This document shows, one piece after another, positions 1 to 14,005 of a stretch of 64,000 nucleotides of DNA (position 1 is its first letter; every line of letters begins with the position of its first letter). Under the pieces are notes generated by a model, which saw only the letters and a program-made list of their open reading frames with translations, did no database searches and was not told where the DNA came from. This DNA is from Anolis carolinensis (taxonomy: Eukaryota), in contig NC_085846.1 of the NCBI RefSeq assembly GCF_035594765.1, positions 13,069,190 to 13,133,189 on the forward strand. Reading direction: 5' to 3'. Position numbers and translations under genes: made by a program.

Positions 1-3000
1 ATGTCAAGCGTTGGCTGCACGAGATCGGACAAAACTGTGACAGCGTCTGCAAGATTTTGGGTGAGTAACTCAGAGTAGTACATCTGTTTTCACTTCTTCT
101 ATCCTATAATGTTTACTGGATGTTATTTTTCAAACTCTTGAGCCAGTTGTTCCAATATGATATATTGGAACTTAGATGTGGAAAGCCTCCCAGGATTCAC
201 CATGGTCATCATACCAGGTTGGGAAAAAGCACCGTATCCTCGATATCTCTTGTTTATAGAATAGCAATCTTGAAAGGATCTTCAGATTGCATAAAGTTTA
301 CAATTTTCATTTGGTCAGAAACATGTTTCCAGTGGTTACCTATGTCCACATTTTTGTAGTACCTTGACCACCTTCCCAAAGCCTTCCAATTTTTTTAAAA
401 TGCGAGGTTTTGGGGACACTATATTGCTCCCAAATCACCTCCGTTTAATCCTAAAGCAGACTAGAACTGTATATATACATGTCTGTGTTCAAGCTGCTTA
501 TCAATGTGTTGTGACCCTACAAATTTCAGAGGCAAGGAGCACTTACATGTAGTTTTGCCAGTTCAAAACTATTTAAAGTACCCAAAACATTCTAAATAGA
601 TTTAATAGTAAAAATAACCACATAAGTGATGACCGTATATTGCATTAGAACAGTGGTTCTCAACCTGTGGGTCCCCAGGTGTTTTGGCCTACAGCTCCCA
701 GAAATCCCAGCCAGTTTACCAACTGTTAGGATTTCTGGGAGTTGAAGATGGAAACATCTGCGGACCCACAGGTTGAGAACCAATGTATTAGAAGCAACTT
801 GAATGAACTAGTACTGAAAACAAGGAACGAGGGCATCATGCAGTACACCCCAAATAAGGATATTTCATAAGCTTGGAGTCACCACAGAAAAGGCCATATA
901 TTTTGTACCTGAAAACAGACTAGATTGCATGAGAAAGTGTGTGAGATTGAGTGTCTGTGATTAATCTTAAAGCCTGGGCAGGTTTGTGTGGGTGCAGATG
1001 ATCCTGGGACAACCTGGATTAGATCATTTGAGATTTAAAATCTTCATTTAGAGCAGTGACAGGGAACATGCAGGCTGCATGCAGCAACAGAGCCTGACGT
1101 TTCTGCCCCCAATGACCCATGCCGTTATTGTTTAAAGCAAAATTGCCACTGAATGTCAAGCAGTTCCTTCTACCAGCACAAGCTACAACACAAAACCAGA
1201 TGCAAACATAGCAGCTGATTTTTTCTGTCCCCGCAGCCTTCCAAGCTAATATAATTGGGGAGAAAAGGCCAACAATCTTCTGGAGGCAATATGACATCAC
1301 TTGGTGTACTGTACCCGAAATGTGATGGTGTGTCCCATGTAGTTGTGCATACAGGGATAAAAATGGGCCACTTTAATAATCTGAACCTGCCTTTTGTTCT
1401 GTAAAGGCATCCCAGAATTAACTAATTACTTGAGAGTTTGCCATGTCCCTTGTCGATGTATTCAGTCTTTCAGGTCACAGAGAGGCCTCCTGTTGCAGCT
1501 GTCTGCAATTGAGTTTTGCTCCACAGCTATTTGGAGCCATGCATCTAGCAAAGTGGCACCTACTGGGCGGAATATGCTTCTCTCTCAAATTTGACATGCT
1601 CCAATAATTTTTGAGTTTTAAGTGTGTGTTTTGCAAGCTTTCCCAGTGTAGCCCAACCTACCATGTCATTGCTGGCCATGGCGACATTGATAATTTTAGG
1701 AAAGAATGACAGTCTGCTTGGCCAAGATTGTCAATGTTAGCTTGTGGCTGATAATAAAAATGGGGAAATAGCTAAGATATTTGGGGGTTTAATTAAGAAA
1801 AGTTACAGGAAATGTCTTATGTCCTTCATTTAAAATTTAGAGAAGGCAGATTTGCAAGATTTCTGATTCACCGATTCTTGGCCTTGGGTCAAACAGCTAT
1901 CCACAATTCAAAGTATTCCGGCTTTTTGGATTTCAGCTTCCATGTTGACCAAACATATCTTATTGGCTTTTACAGACATTACATCTGTAGTATCTTTTTC
2001 TGTAATAATGAGAATTGTTGAACCCTTTTCATTCCTTTCTTCCAATCTCCTTCTGTCTCCATCCCTCTAACTCATGCTAGTGGGTAACAAATGCGAGGAC
2101 CCATCCCGGAAGCAGGTGGAAACAGCCGATGCTCGGCGGTTCAGTGACCAGATGGGAGTGCGGCTCTTTGAGACCAGTGCCAAGGAAAATCTCAACGTTG
2201 AAGAGGTACTGCTTGGGATGGTTACGAGGAATTATATGGGAAGCAATGATTTAGAAACACCCTCTGTACTTCAAGGTCTTTGGTTGTGGGGAGCATTGAA
2301 GAAAAATCATCTTGTTTTGGACTACCCACTTCCAGAATTTCCCAGGGATTTTAGGCTTTTCGGTCCAAAAATGTAGCTTTTCAATTCTGCATATAAGGAA
2401 TCATAGAATCATAGAGTTGGAAGAGACTGCAGGGCCATCCAGTCCAACCCCATTCTGCTATGCAGGAAAAGCACAATCAAAGCACTCTCGACAGATGGCC
2501 ATCCAGACTGTGCTTATAAACCTCCAGAGAAGGAGATTCCAAGGCTGCATGTTCCACTGTTGAACAGCTCTCACCATTAGGAAGCTTTCCCTAACATTTA
2601 GGTGGAATCTCTTTTATTGCAATTTGAATCCATTGCTCCGTGTCCAAAGTCTCCAGGGAAGCAGAAAACAAGCTTGCCCGCTCCTCAATGTGGCATCCTT
2701 TCAAATATCTACACATGGCTCTCATGTCCCCTCTCAGCCTCCTTTTCTGCAAGCTAAATATACCCAGCTCCCTAAGCCACTCCTCATATGGTTTGGTTTC
2801 CAAATATTTGATCATTTTGGTCAACCTTCTCTGTTCAAGTTCAAACTTGTCCTTATCCTTCTCGAACTGTGGTGCCCAGAACTAGACACAATATTCCAGG
2901 TAAGGCCTAACCAAAGCAGAATAAAATTGGATTATGGCTTCCCTTGATCTCGACATTGTACCCCTATTGGTGCAGCCTAGATTTGTTAGAAATCGCAACC

Positions 3001-3992
3001 TTCTCAAGCCTCCACTACTAATTTGTTGTATGTATAATTCAGGTTGTTTACTGTATTGTATATGTGTGTATTGGTATGCAGTTTTCCTTAACTCTTTATC
3101 ATGGGAGGGGCTGCAGACCATGTGATCAGATTTGGGATTTTTCAGGACTCAGACTCCATTTTAGAAAGAGTATGATTAGAAACTTCAGTAGAAACAGATG
3201 TGTGCTTTCAGATGCCAGTAGAGTTAAACTCCATTGGATTTTCAGACTAAACAGAGACTCTATTAGACTCTCAGACCAAAGAGATGCTTTGGTCTTTGGA
3301 CTGTTGATTATGAGAAATATGCCTTGTGTTAGCTACACAGAGAAACTACTTCAAATCCTGTCTGTAACTAGATTGATATACAAAGTTCCTGTATGCTGAA
3401 TACATGAAGTTTGTGAGTAAATCAACTATGTTACTTTTCAAGAAATCTACTTTTTTTTGTCTCTTGTTAGCATGATTTAAACCAAGATATTTTAAGGGAG
3501 AAAAGATGCTTTTTGGGCAACTGAAAGAAGCACTTCTGAAACTTTGTTGTGTATGTGTTTTTTGTGCATTGACATATATTTGTCCCTAAAAGTTCAAAGA
3601 GATATCTAGGTACATGAGTTTAACAGCTGAGAAACCTAATTGCCTTGCATGAATGCCATTTTCCCAAAAGGTATGAAGTCATGCCTCCATAAAAGATCAT
3701 TATGGAGATTTTCATTTTCCAAAAAAAATTGCATCTGCTTTTTTAAGCTACCGCATCACGCTGTTCACTCATGTTTAGCTTGTGGTCTACTAAGACTCCT
3801 AGAGCCCTTTCACGTGGACTGTTCAATCATTCCTTTTTCTTGTGTCTCCCTCTCTTCCGGTAGATGTTCAATGCCATTACGGCCATGGTGCTCCGAACCA
3901 AACAGGAAAACCTGGCACGTCTCCAACAGCAGAACGAAGTCGTCAAAATCAACAAACCCAAAAAGAAACCTTCGGTGAAGAAATGCTGCTGA
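1..3992 (+). CDS. RAB35-like small GTPase (divergent paralog), last 3 coding exons; 5' part lies outside the window
   Basis: Exons <1-60 (phase 1, G|gtgagt), 2081-2205 (125 nt) and 3864-3992. They translate to NVKRWLHEIGQNCDSVCKILVGNKCEDPSRKQVETADARRFSDQMGVRLFETSAKENLNVEEMFNAITAMVLRTKQENLARLQQQNEVVKINKPKKKPSVKKCC*. G4 (GNK), G5 (ETSAK), a polybasic tail and a C-terminal CC prenylation site are present. Colinear with RAB35 but clearly diverged. Candidate AATAAA at 5215-5220. Confidence 0.9.
651..785. mobile_element. Non-autonomous hAT-type MITE (CAGTGGTTCTCAACC termini)
   Basis: Terminal inverted repeats; near-identical 8-bp flanks cattagaa/tattagaa; same family at 61728-61862 and a relative at 58811-58945. 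Confidence 0.75.
2398..2980 (-). mobile_element. CR1 LINE 3' fragment
   Basis: Minus-strand peptides LVRPYLEYCV and LGIFSLQKRRLRGDM, typical of the CR1 ORF2 C-terminus; ends in an (ATTCTATG)-like tail. Confidence 0.85.
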
Positions 3993-5906
3993 AGGGGCAA
4001 TCTCTCTCCCTCTCTATATTCTTCCTCCTCCTCACCTCCTTCCCCTTGGTCCCCAATTCTCCGAAAGAGCGGACTGTGGAAGACTGAATGGATTAAAAAA
4101 GTAGTTGCTGTCTGTTTTGTGTGTGCATGGTGAGGAGTGGGGTGGGCACAGGAATCTATGTGAATGATGTCCCCAACATAGGAATTGCTCTCCTCCTGCC
4201 CCAGTCTCTGGAAAAACCGAGTTGTTAGTGTAGAAAAATCTACAGAAACATGGAGATCTCTTCTTGGAGATAGTGAGTCCTGTTCATAGAAGGAGTGCTG
4301 AATGGGGCATGTTGAGGACCAGTAAAAATAAACTACTGAAATAAATTGGAACAAGATGATGAGTAGAAGGATGTGGGATACAGATGAGTTAGAGGTGTAG
4401 TTCTCTTCCCCCTAAATCTTCAACCATTTTGCCTGTGTAAACTCTTCTCATTTTGTTTTACTTCTCACATCCCTGTCCCGTGTTGCCATGTTACTGCAAC
4501 ACGTGCACCCATTGTTTGGGTTCCTTTTAAGGAGATGTACAAGGTGGGTATTGGCCAGGAGGCAATAATTCCCTGCTTTAGACCTATACCTGTCACAGCA
4601 AAGTATAAGCTGAAACTGGGTAAATCCAACAGAAGATGCCTCAACTTAGCAATACTAGGAATTTATTGCCATTTTCTTCACCTTGCTTGTGCTCAACAAT
4701 GGGGTTCAGGAGATAAGACTTTGTGCCTGGGTTAGGAACTGGGGTGATGTTCCTCTCCCATCATCCTCAATAGGATTGTCCCATCTCTTCCTGGTCAACC
4801 CCATAAGTCATGCAGAGAATAGCCATGTGAAACAATGTTCTAAGAGAGAGGTGCTTGAAGAAAGCATCTCTTGGCAATCTCTCCATGCAACTTGTGCTTG
4901 GGCTGCTCTCCGTGTCTGCCCATCCTTCCTTCCTGAAACTTAGGAACTAATCAGAAGCAGGGAGGTGTCTGCTCCAAATGAGGACCATGAAACGATCTCT
5001 GGGCCCCACCCTATGATTCATTCCCCAAAGGGTGGGCACCATAGGGGTCGAAACTCTCCTTCTGTTATCTTTCAATATGGGGACCTTCTGACTGTGCAAT
5101 ATGTCGGCTTCATGAATTATTTTATATACACACAAATGAATTATGTACATAATTAAAACATCTTGTTTTAACCCACTGCTAATGGCATTAAACATTAAGG
5201 AGACACCACTATTCAATAAAGAAATTTAGATACAAACTAGTTTCTTTTGCTCTTTATTTCTCCAAGGTGCTGCCCAGTCACACTTTTGATGGCTTCTGGG
5301 ATAACACTACATAAGGATACATCTACACTGTAAAGGTAATACAGTCTGATACCACCTTAACTCCCATGGTTCAATACTATGTAATCATGATTTGTAGTTT
5401 GGGGGGCACCACAACTCTTTGGCAGGGAAGGCTGAGTGTATTTTAAAACTACAACTACCATGACTCCATAGATATTGAACCATGGCAGTTAAAGTGGAAT
5501 CAAACTGCAGTAATTCCTCAGTGTAAAGGTTCGCATTTTTTCCCTTTTAGATGAAAGTTAAAAACTCCCCTTTGGTAAAGTAGAACAGGTGAGTGCAAAA
5601 AATCCATTCTGAAATATCTTTAAAAGGACATAGCGCAAGGGAAATTCTAGCACCGACACCACTGCTGCACATTTAGTTTTTAATGGCCTCTTATTAGAAG
5701 AGGGGAAAAGCACACAATAGCCACATGCAAAATAAAAGGTTGCTTATATGCTTCATAACGAGAAGGCAAAAAGGAAAATCAGATCATTAGAACTGAAAGC
5801 AAGGGTGTTGTTATATGGATGGAAATCATTTGTTTTCACTCAAATATGGTGCTGTTGGTTGGAAGCCTGGCTGGTCATGGTAGAAGAAATGGCTGGCTTC
5901 AAAGCA

Positions 5907-8900
5907 TCATACTTCCATTTCCTCTTCTGCTCCCGCCGCTTTTTGCTGGGCCTCTACAGAGGTGCTCGCGGAAGAGGGGATGCCCATCATTGTCCGAATG
6001 GTGTGTAAGCTTGTCTTATTGTGAGGGCTCCATAAGACAACCTCTGTACAAGGATTCCTGGAGGAGAGAGGAAGGAAAGAAGGGGTAACTGCCACAAATT
6101 ATCGACTTTTATGTGTTTGCCCTTTCTTCCCAAACTCACATTTATACTTACAGAGAAAGAAGCAGTTCTTCAGCTGTAATACCGACTTCTCCAAGTCCGG
6201 CTCGTAAGAGAGAAGGGTGCGTCAGCAAGGGGCACTCGCCCATGATGTATTCTCCATCCACAATAACGTTGTTGAGCTCATCTTCGTCATCCGAGCAGGT
6301 TTCGTCCTGCGCTCTGTCTTGGGAGAGCCTGGGATAGAGAAGATTCTGTGGGTGAATCTACACTGTAGAAATAATACAACTTGACCATGGCACAATGCTA
6401 TGGAAACTTGGGATTTGTAGTTTGGCAGAGCCTAAGAATGCCAGTGCCTTTGGCAGAGCCTAAGAATGCCAGTGCCTCCCATGGTCCTATAGTACTGAAC
6501 TGTGATAGTTAAAGTGGTGTCAAACTATCAATTCTACAGTGTAGATCAGGAGTGTCAAATTCATTTTCATCGAGGGCAACATCACTTTTATTATGGTTGC
6601 TTTCAAAGGGATGTTGAATCCACGGAGATACTGTGATTATAGAAGGCCAACTATAATTGGCCTTCATGGAGGAAGAAACCATGAAAACGAACAAAATCTG
6701 GCTACCAGTATTAAAAAAACTCTAAAATCAGGACAGTAAATAAAGACCAACACTCAGAAAACTGGAATTCCAGACAGAAAACAATCACCCAGCTAACACT
6801 TCCCTACAAAGGTTTTCCCCAGGCAGAAAGCACCCAGGATTTGAAGCTGCAAGGCTATTCAATGCTAATCAATGTGATTAATTGTCAATCAATGTGATTC
6901 AAACCTGCCTCAAACAGACAAGAGTTCTTTCTCCAACCCTGGACCTTCCATAGATATATAAACCCCACTTGCCTAGTTTCCAACAGACCTAACAACTTCT
7001 GAGGATGCCTGCCAAGGTGTGGGCGAAACATCAGTAGATAATACTTCCAGAACATGGCCATACAGCCCGGAAAACTCACAGCAACTCACCAACTGTAATT
7101 CTTTTTACATAGTGGTTGGTGCTATTTAGTTTTTACCCAATTTGGGTCTCCAGGTGCTACTGGAAGGCAATGCCCATTTACTTTTTAGTATCCATCATGC
7201 ATACTAGGGATAATGTGAAATGCAACCCAACAGCACTTGTGGTTCTGAGGTTGGGGAAAGGCTAAAGGACATTTCAAAGTCAGACATCATATCCACAAGC
7301 TTTGTATTTAAATTCAAACCCTATACAGTACTCCTGAATAACAGAACAAACTGTAGTCTCCCAGATGTTACTGTATCACAACTCCCATCAGCTCTAATCA
7401 TGTTTTCTAATGATGAGGAATACAGGAGGTGTGGTCCAGCATTTGGAGGGCCACATAAAATGACCTGCTGGGCCAGATTTGGCCCAGGCCTTGAGTTTGA
7501 CACCTGTGGTGTAGATGCACCCCATGTGATAGAAGTTTTTCTAGTTTCCCTTGACCACATCTTCCAAATCACTCGGTCACCATGATTCCCCCTACCTCTG
7601 TTGTAGCTCTTTCAGGCGTGAATAGGCCTGCTGCCACTGGGGGTCTTCGTCGTGGATAGGGAAGCCATTGGAACTGTAAATGTGATCATTTTCCAAGCTA
7701 AGGGAGTTGAAGCGGGCAGCCATCTTGTCCTCTGAAAGAAAATGCTTGGAATTGGGCTCCCTTTTGAAACAGAGAAAACAACATCAATTTAGTACACCAT
7801 CCAATTCTGCTTTGGGCTTCATTAAGCCGAACGAAATGTCCCATTAGGCCCATAAGCACAGTCCAGCATGCAGCGTAACAATTGATTTTGTAGCAGTGTT
7901 TAAAAGCATGACTTTCAAAAGTCAGTGCAGCGGTGCATATGCAGAAAAGGTTGATTACATTTGCTGTATATCACTGTCATATTGTCTAATCTGTTTCTTA
8001 AAGATGGATAGTATTTTACCAGCTTTTAAAAATCTATGGAAAAAAAGATCATGGGATTCTAATCATCATGTCTGCTGTTCCCAAACTTTTTTCGTCATGG
8101 AACCCTTCAGAAGGTATTTATTTTCCATGGAATCTTAACGCCATCCTTGATATGTTCAATCAAAAAATATATGGATCATTTTGTGCCAAGATCCCAAGAT
8201 CCAAAATGTCTTTAATCTCAAAAACTGCACAAGAAAGTTTTAAAAAAGAAAAGAAATTTGGAATCAACATGAAAAACTGACTATGTATGAACCACTCTTG
8301 TAAAATGTTGAAACATTTAGCTAGCAATTATATACCTCATAGTAATAGTTGTAGCACAAAATAGCTTTACGGAGACTGTAAATCAAGTAATTTGCCTCAT
8401 GTGGTTTTATTTTAGTACCTGTTTTAAATTTGATTTGTAAGATTTTCATGGAACCCGCATGATGCTTTTGTGGAACCCTAGAGTTCCATGGAACAGTTTA
8501 GGACTCTTTGCTGTATGCAAAAGAAGAAAGTTTACAAAGAAGAAGTGGAGACTACAGTCATAAAACATCTTTCCTATCCAAATAGTTTCCCCTTCATATT
8601 CTATTCTATTCTGACTTACTGATCTCTGTGCTCCAAGTGGCGTTTGAAAGTCAGAGGTCCTGGGCGGCACCTAAAAGAAGATGGGAGAGATCTGTTCAAG
8701 AGTTAGATGTTTCCCTTTCCTCGTTCTCATCTGCACTATCAAATTGTGGCAGTTTGATATCACATTGACTGCAATGGCTGCACGTTGCAGAACTTTAGGA
8801 CTTGTGTTTCAGTGAGACACTAGAACTCTATGGCAGAAAATTCCAAATATCTTGCAAAATATATCTCAGCACTCAATAAGATGGGGTCATGATGGTTAAA

Positions 8901-10551
8901 ACAGCATCAAAGTGCTATAATTATGTAGTGCAAAAAAAGCATCCTAACCACTGGCATATTTTCATTTTGCTAAAATTAAAATAGCCACTCCTCCCTTCCT
9001 TGTAGCTCATAAAAACCACAGGTTTGCAAGGCTTTCCTTTTTCAACAGTTTTCTCCATATTAACTCTCTTCTTTTTCCCGTTACCAAAAGCTGGTTTATC
9101 TTCCCCTTCCTTATATTTAAATCTAAGCCCTTCGCTGCTTAGGAGCAGAATAGCTGAATGACTCCTTGGGCTCTATCTACACTGCCATATAATGTGGTTT
9201 GTACCTGCAGTACATGGTCAGGGTAAACCAATAAAATGCAGTTCAATGCAATTAAACTGCACTATATAGGTCAACACTAACCATATAATACAGATTCAAA
9301 CTGCATTATATGGAAGTGTAGATCCAGAATATTTCACATATACCCTAACCATACCTGGAGGCTGAAGGCAAGGATTTTGTTGTTGCTCTCGTTGAAGGAA
9401 CAATATTACTAGTGATATCATGGTGAATGGCCTCCTTATACCTCCGTTCAATAGTTGGTCAAAGATCTTTTTGTTTTCCCAAGACTTCAAACTGGGATAG
9501 GCAAAGTTTTGAATGCATCCAGGCACTGCCTGGATTTTTAGTCGTATCAAAAAACTGGAAGTTTCTATGAATGTCAACACCTTTTGAACAGTTCACAGAC
9601 ATTTCACTGTTTCCCACTCAAAATCAATTACAAATTGGAAATCTGGGCTATTTTTTTCAGTCTGAAGAGGCTGTATAGCTCAAGACTCCTGGAATATATG
9701 CATATCTCTTTAAAGTTTTTAACGTACTGAGTTTTCTTGGATTAGTAGTTTTATCACCATTTTTGCTTTCTTAAACTGGGCTTTATTGTGAAATGCCGTT
9801 AAAAGACTGCACAGGTATCTGTAATAAATAAATAGATCTGCTGCAAAGTTGCAAACATTGTCTCTGCATCCTTCCTACAACCTTTAAAGGAGGGACCAAT
9901 CAAATAATATAGACAAACTGGGAAAATACCAACAAAGGAGGGCGTGTGTTTGCTTGTTTGGATTAGTCCGAAAGCCTCAAACATGTAGCTAAGAGCTTTC
10001 CAAACTGTGTGTTGCAACACATTGTTAGCTACAGCATGTAGATGTCACGTGAACGTAACCAGACATCTCTGAGTCTATGTGAAATAACCAATAAGCCATA
10101 GCTTTTTAAAATGAAAGGTTTACATTGTGTACCAAACATTTTGTTACTAAAGTTATGGTGTGTCTATATCTCTGTAGGACTTCAACTCCTACAATTCCTT
10201 TTTTTTTTGTTTTTTTTGTTGTTGTTGTTTTAGCTCTGATATAGCTATATTGGTTCATAAATGCCAAGAGAGTGAGCACTATTCAGAAGCCATTCTTTTC
10301 CTAATTCATCCAACAAGATAGATCCATCCCAGAAAGAGCATCATGTCATAAATGTACCGGGATCGCTGTGTACCACTGAAGTTCACCACTCCTTGGCTTG
10401 TCCTGAACCATGTCCCTTTGCGTGTCATGTCTCGTTGCCAGCCGGAGACATGGCTATGGCTCCAGCCCCTCTTCCCTGGTAAAAGGGAGCAGCGCTGGGA
10501 TGGGCTGGATGGAAGCAATGCAGCTGATGGGTCACCAGGTGTTGGATCCAT
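5907..10551 (-). CDS. HCFC1R1: Host cell factor C1 regulator 1 (HPIP), ~245 aa
   Basis: Exons 10551-10358, 8670-8620, 7760-7596, 6328-6152 and 6057-5907, all joined in phase 2 with an open frame. Contains KRHLE..QEPNSKHFLSEDKMAARFNSLSLENDHIY (HCF-binding motif DHxY), PCTEVVLW and a C-terminal EEEMEV, matching human HCFC1R1 blocks. Head-to-head with THOC6 as in human. The first coding exon has a weaker donor (CG|gtacat), so it is less certain. Confidence 0.85.
6547..7508. mobile_element. hAT-type non-autonomous element with a nested Penelope-type repeat fragment (~6665-7088)
   Basis: Termini caggagtgtcaaa...tttgacacctgtg; perfect 8-bp TSD gtgtagat at 6539-6546 and 7509-7516. Confidence 0.7.
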
Positions 10552-11072
10552 CTGTGACGTGAAAGGTAAAGAGGAGATATGTTGTCGAAGGCTTTCATGG
10601 CTGGAATCACTAGATTGCTGTGAGTTTTCCAAGCTGTATGGCAGCATTTAGGAAGAGCTTAAAAACATGGCTCTTTCAACAGGTTTTTGGAGAGTGAATT
10701 CCCCATCCCCATGATAGACCATGTACCTACGACCTCCTCAACTGTTGCACTTTTTCTTCCCCTTTGTTATAGTCACAGGGTCCACCCCACCCAAGTTGCT
10801 CTCCCATTGACAGTAGCACTTAATCAACTACTTCGTGTTACAATATTCACTGGTTGCACTTTGCCCAGTTCATTTTACCCCCTCTACTTGGGTGCCAAAT
10901 TCATGTTTTTACTATTATTTTCATTTTATGCTTTTACTGTGTTCAGAGTGTTAAATTTTAATACTTGTGTTTGTATTTCTTGATGTTATTTTATTTTGGT
11001 TTACTGTTTTATCCGGGCTTGGCCCCATGTAAGCCGCCCCGAGTCTCTTCGGGGAGATGGAGGCGGGGTATA

Positions 11073-11073
11073 A

Positions 11074-11126
<53 letters not shown>
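11073..11126. repeat. (TAT)n microsatellite forming the tail of an L2-like LINE 3' end
   Basis: Preceded by tgtaagccgccccgagtc...ggggtataaat. Similar ends with (AAT/TAT)n tails at ~25689-25800 and ~45260-45373. Confidence 0.7.
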
Positions 11127-12899
11127 GTTGCAGAAGCATACAACCATACAGCCCAGAAAACTCACAGCAAGCCAAAGAGAAGATGGTTAAAATAAGGCTC
11201 TACTCTCATACACAGGCATAAACTGCCCCAATTTGGCAGGGATGGCCCTAATTAATCCTTTGTTATTCCTCTTACCCAACTGCTTTTAGAAAGTCCTAGC
11301 TTCTCTCTGCTCCTTCCACTTTGCCTTGTGTCCTTTACTATAATTACTGCAAAATGAGTTCAAAATGCAAAAATACTGTATTTCTTTGATGCTAAGACAC
11401 ACTCATTTTCACCCGCAAAGGTTTAGCCAAAATGAGAAACACTGGAAGCCCTTTTGTATATTGTTGAACACTCCCCATCATATTTGACCACTGGCTCTGC
11501 TAAATAAGGCTAATGGGAATTGGAGTTTAACATCTGGAGGACCATTGCTTTCCACCCCTAGCCTTTATGTTTATCTTTTACACGGCCATATAATCCAAAT
11601 GATCAAAGCAGATAACCCACATTATCTGCTTTGAACTGGGTTATATGAGTCTATACTGTCATATAATTGAGTTCAGATAATCTGGATTTTATATGGCTAC
11701 ACTAACAAAGCAGATAATGTGGATTATTTGCTTTGATAATCTGGATTATATGGCAGTGCAGAAGGGGCCTCAATGTTGTTTTATATCAGCTGAAAACAAA
11801 GTGAAGTAACTTTTGAAGTACCTTTTTGGCTGGACTGTTACTGTATCCTTCACTGCTGATGGCTGTAAAACATTAAGGCATAATACCAGAATAGGTCATG
11901 CTTGATCCAAACAACAACTGATGCTTATAATGGACTGAGTGGGGGCTATTTTTAGTGCTGTATGTTTTTTTTAATGTTTCGATTCAACGCCTCCTTCACC
12001 TCAAGGAGCACTAATGTTATGGCATGAATGGTGTGTTTAGAGAAGAGGAAAAGGAAGGGAGGACACCTAACACCTAACCCACTGAAACAATAATAAACCG
12101 CAACGATTAGAATAGGAAAATAATAATATGTGTACAGTGGACTCTTGTTATCTGCTGTGGTTTAATTTCAGGGTACCCATGGATATCAAATCTATAGGCT
12201 AGGCATGAGACTTTGATCTCTGACGTCACAATGTGGCTTTTGGAGAAACCTGTCGGTTCTTACAAGCGAGGTGTTTACAGCTGCTTAAAAAGATGAGAGA
12301 AGTGAGTTATAGCACACAGCACAAAAAAAAATAGACAGGAGAGTCTGTAGAAGATTAAGGACTGAGAAGTGTGAGAAGACAGCATCGGATCGGGCAACCC
12401 AATAGAGAGTCTACAAGAGAATTAAGGCAAGATACCAATGAAGGTGAGACAATATATTTCTCAAGAATAATTAAATAAAGCGTGAAAACTCAATTGAGAA
12501 GAAAGGAGGGAGAGGGGAGAGGAGAAGGAAGGCAGGAGGAAGAAAGAAGAAGAAGGGGACTCCCCCAGAGGTGGAAGCCAGCGGTTCCCCCCCCCCCTTT
12601 GCTGTGGGTGTGTGTGTGTTTGTTTTTTTTTTCCTTCGTCCACATAGAAAACAATTAAAGATATGTAATTTAAATTTTGGGCATTAAATTAACTATAAAC
12701 AAGTAATTAATTAAGAATTTAAATAATCAGGTAATTGCTATTCAGATTAACTGTTTCAGGGAAGGGAAAGATTGGGAGTATTTACATTAATTGTTTATCT
12801 GTATTTATGAACTACTCTATTAATTAATCAATTAAGATTTCAACAGATAACAAAGTAGCACTAAGAGAGTGTTAATCCCTGGGATTTCAAAGGAAATAA

Positions 12900-14005
12900 T
12901 GATAACAGCAAAGTGGAAAATGGAAAAAGACCCGAAAGACAACAAATCTATGTTACGCAGAGGATCGCTGAATGATGAGATAAATCTAAGGGATCTAATG
13001 AAGGAGATTCAATCGATCTCAGCTAAGCAAGACATGATCCAAAAGGAGGTACAAGCCATTGCTGTTAAGCAGGATCAACAACAGAAATCGCTAAAAGAAG
13101 ATATGAAAGATCTAAAGGAAGAACTCAGTTCCCTAAGAAATGAAATGCTCAATAATACAAAAGAAATTCAGGATATAAAAGTGGAAACGATTAATAACAC
13201 AAAAGATATAAAAGAACTGAAAATGGACAATAAGAAAACGGAAAAGATCCAAAGTAAAATGCAAAAGAAACTGGAAAGCTTAGAATCCAAAAATCAAAAA
13301 CTAGAAAAAATACAAGAAAAATGTGAACAACAAGAGTCAGAATTCCAATTGAGATTTAGAAATATTGAAGAAGATTCCAAAGAAAATATTAGAACGGTGG
13401 TGTCACAGTTGATCGCCAAAATTCTCCAATGTTCGGAACTAGAGGCTGATTCTCAAATTGATCGGGTCTATAGAATACAAACTAACTACGCAAAGAAGAA
13501 CCAATCAATAAGAGATGTAATTGTCTGCTTTATCAAGAAAAATACCAGAGATGAAATATTAAAAAGTAATTTGACCAACCCACCCTACTATAAACAAAGA
13601 AGAGTAGCAATAATGAAAGAAATCCCCGCATCAATAATGAATAGAAGAAGGAGATACTATTTTCTCACAGATGAATTGAAAAAGCTGAACATCAGATTTA
13701 GGTGGGAAAAATTCGAGGGGATTATGACAACTTACAAAGGAGAGAAATTCTGGCTGACATCAGAAGATAAAGCCAGGGACTTTTACAGGAAACTTAAGAG
13801 AGATATAGATCCAGAGTCAGTATCACCAAATAAAGAGAAAGTGCTCAATCCAAAAAATCCAAAAAAGAGAAGATTTGACTCACCAAAAGAAATCGAAGAA
13901 AACCTAAGACGGAAAGATAAGACGGACAAAGCAGCCCCATCTTCAGAGGCAGATGATGAAGAGGACGACGACAGCCCAATCGATGACAACCCAACCGATG
14001 AATGA
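12900..14005 (+). CDS. L1 ORF1p (coiled-coil + RRM/CTD), intact
   Basis: Open frame with a heptad coiled coil followed by [14 protein letters not shown] and RDVIVCF motifs typical of L1 ORF1. Confidence 0.85.

Noticed and set aside
2983-3626. Possible solo LTR (TGTTA...TAACA)
   Set aside because: No matching target-site duplication and no second copy in the window, so it cannot be supported.
1-3992. Assigning the symbol RAB35
   Set aside because: Too divergent from the highly conserved RAB35 and in the wrong syntenic context; treated as a paralog.
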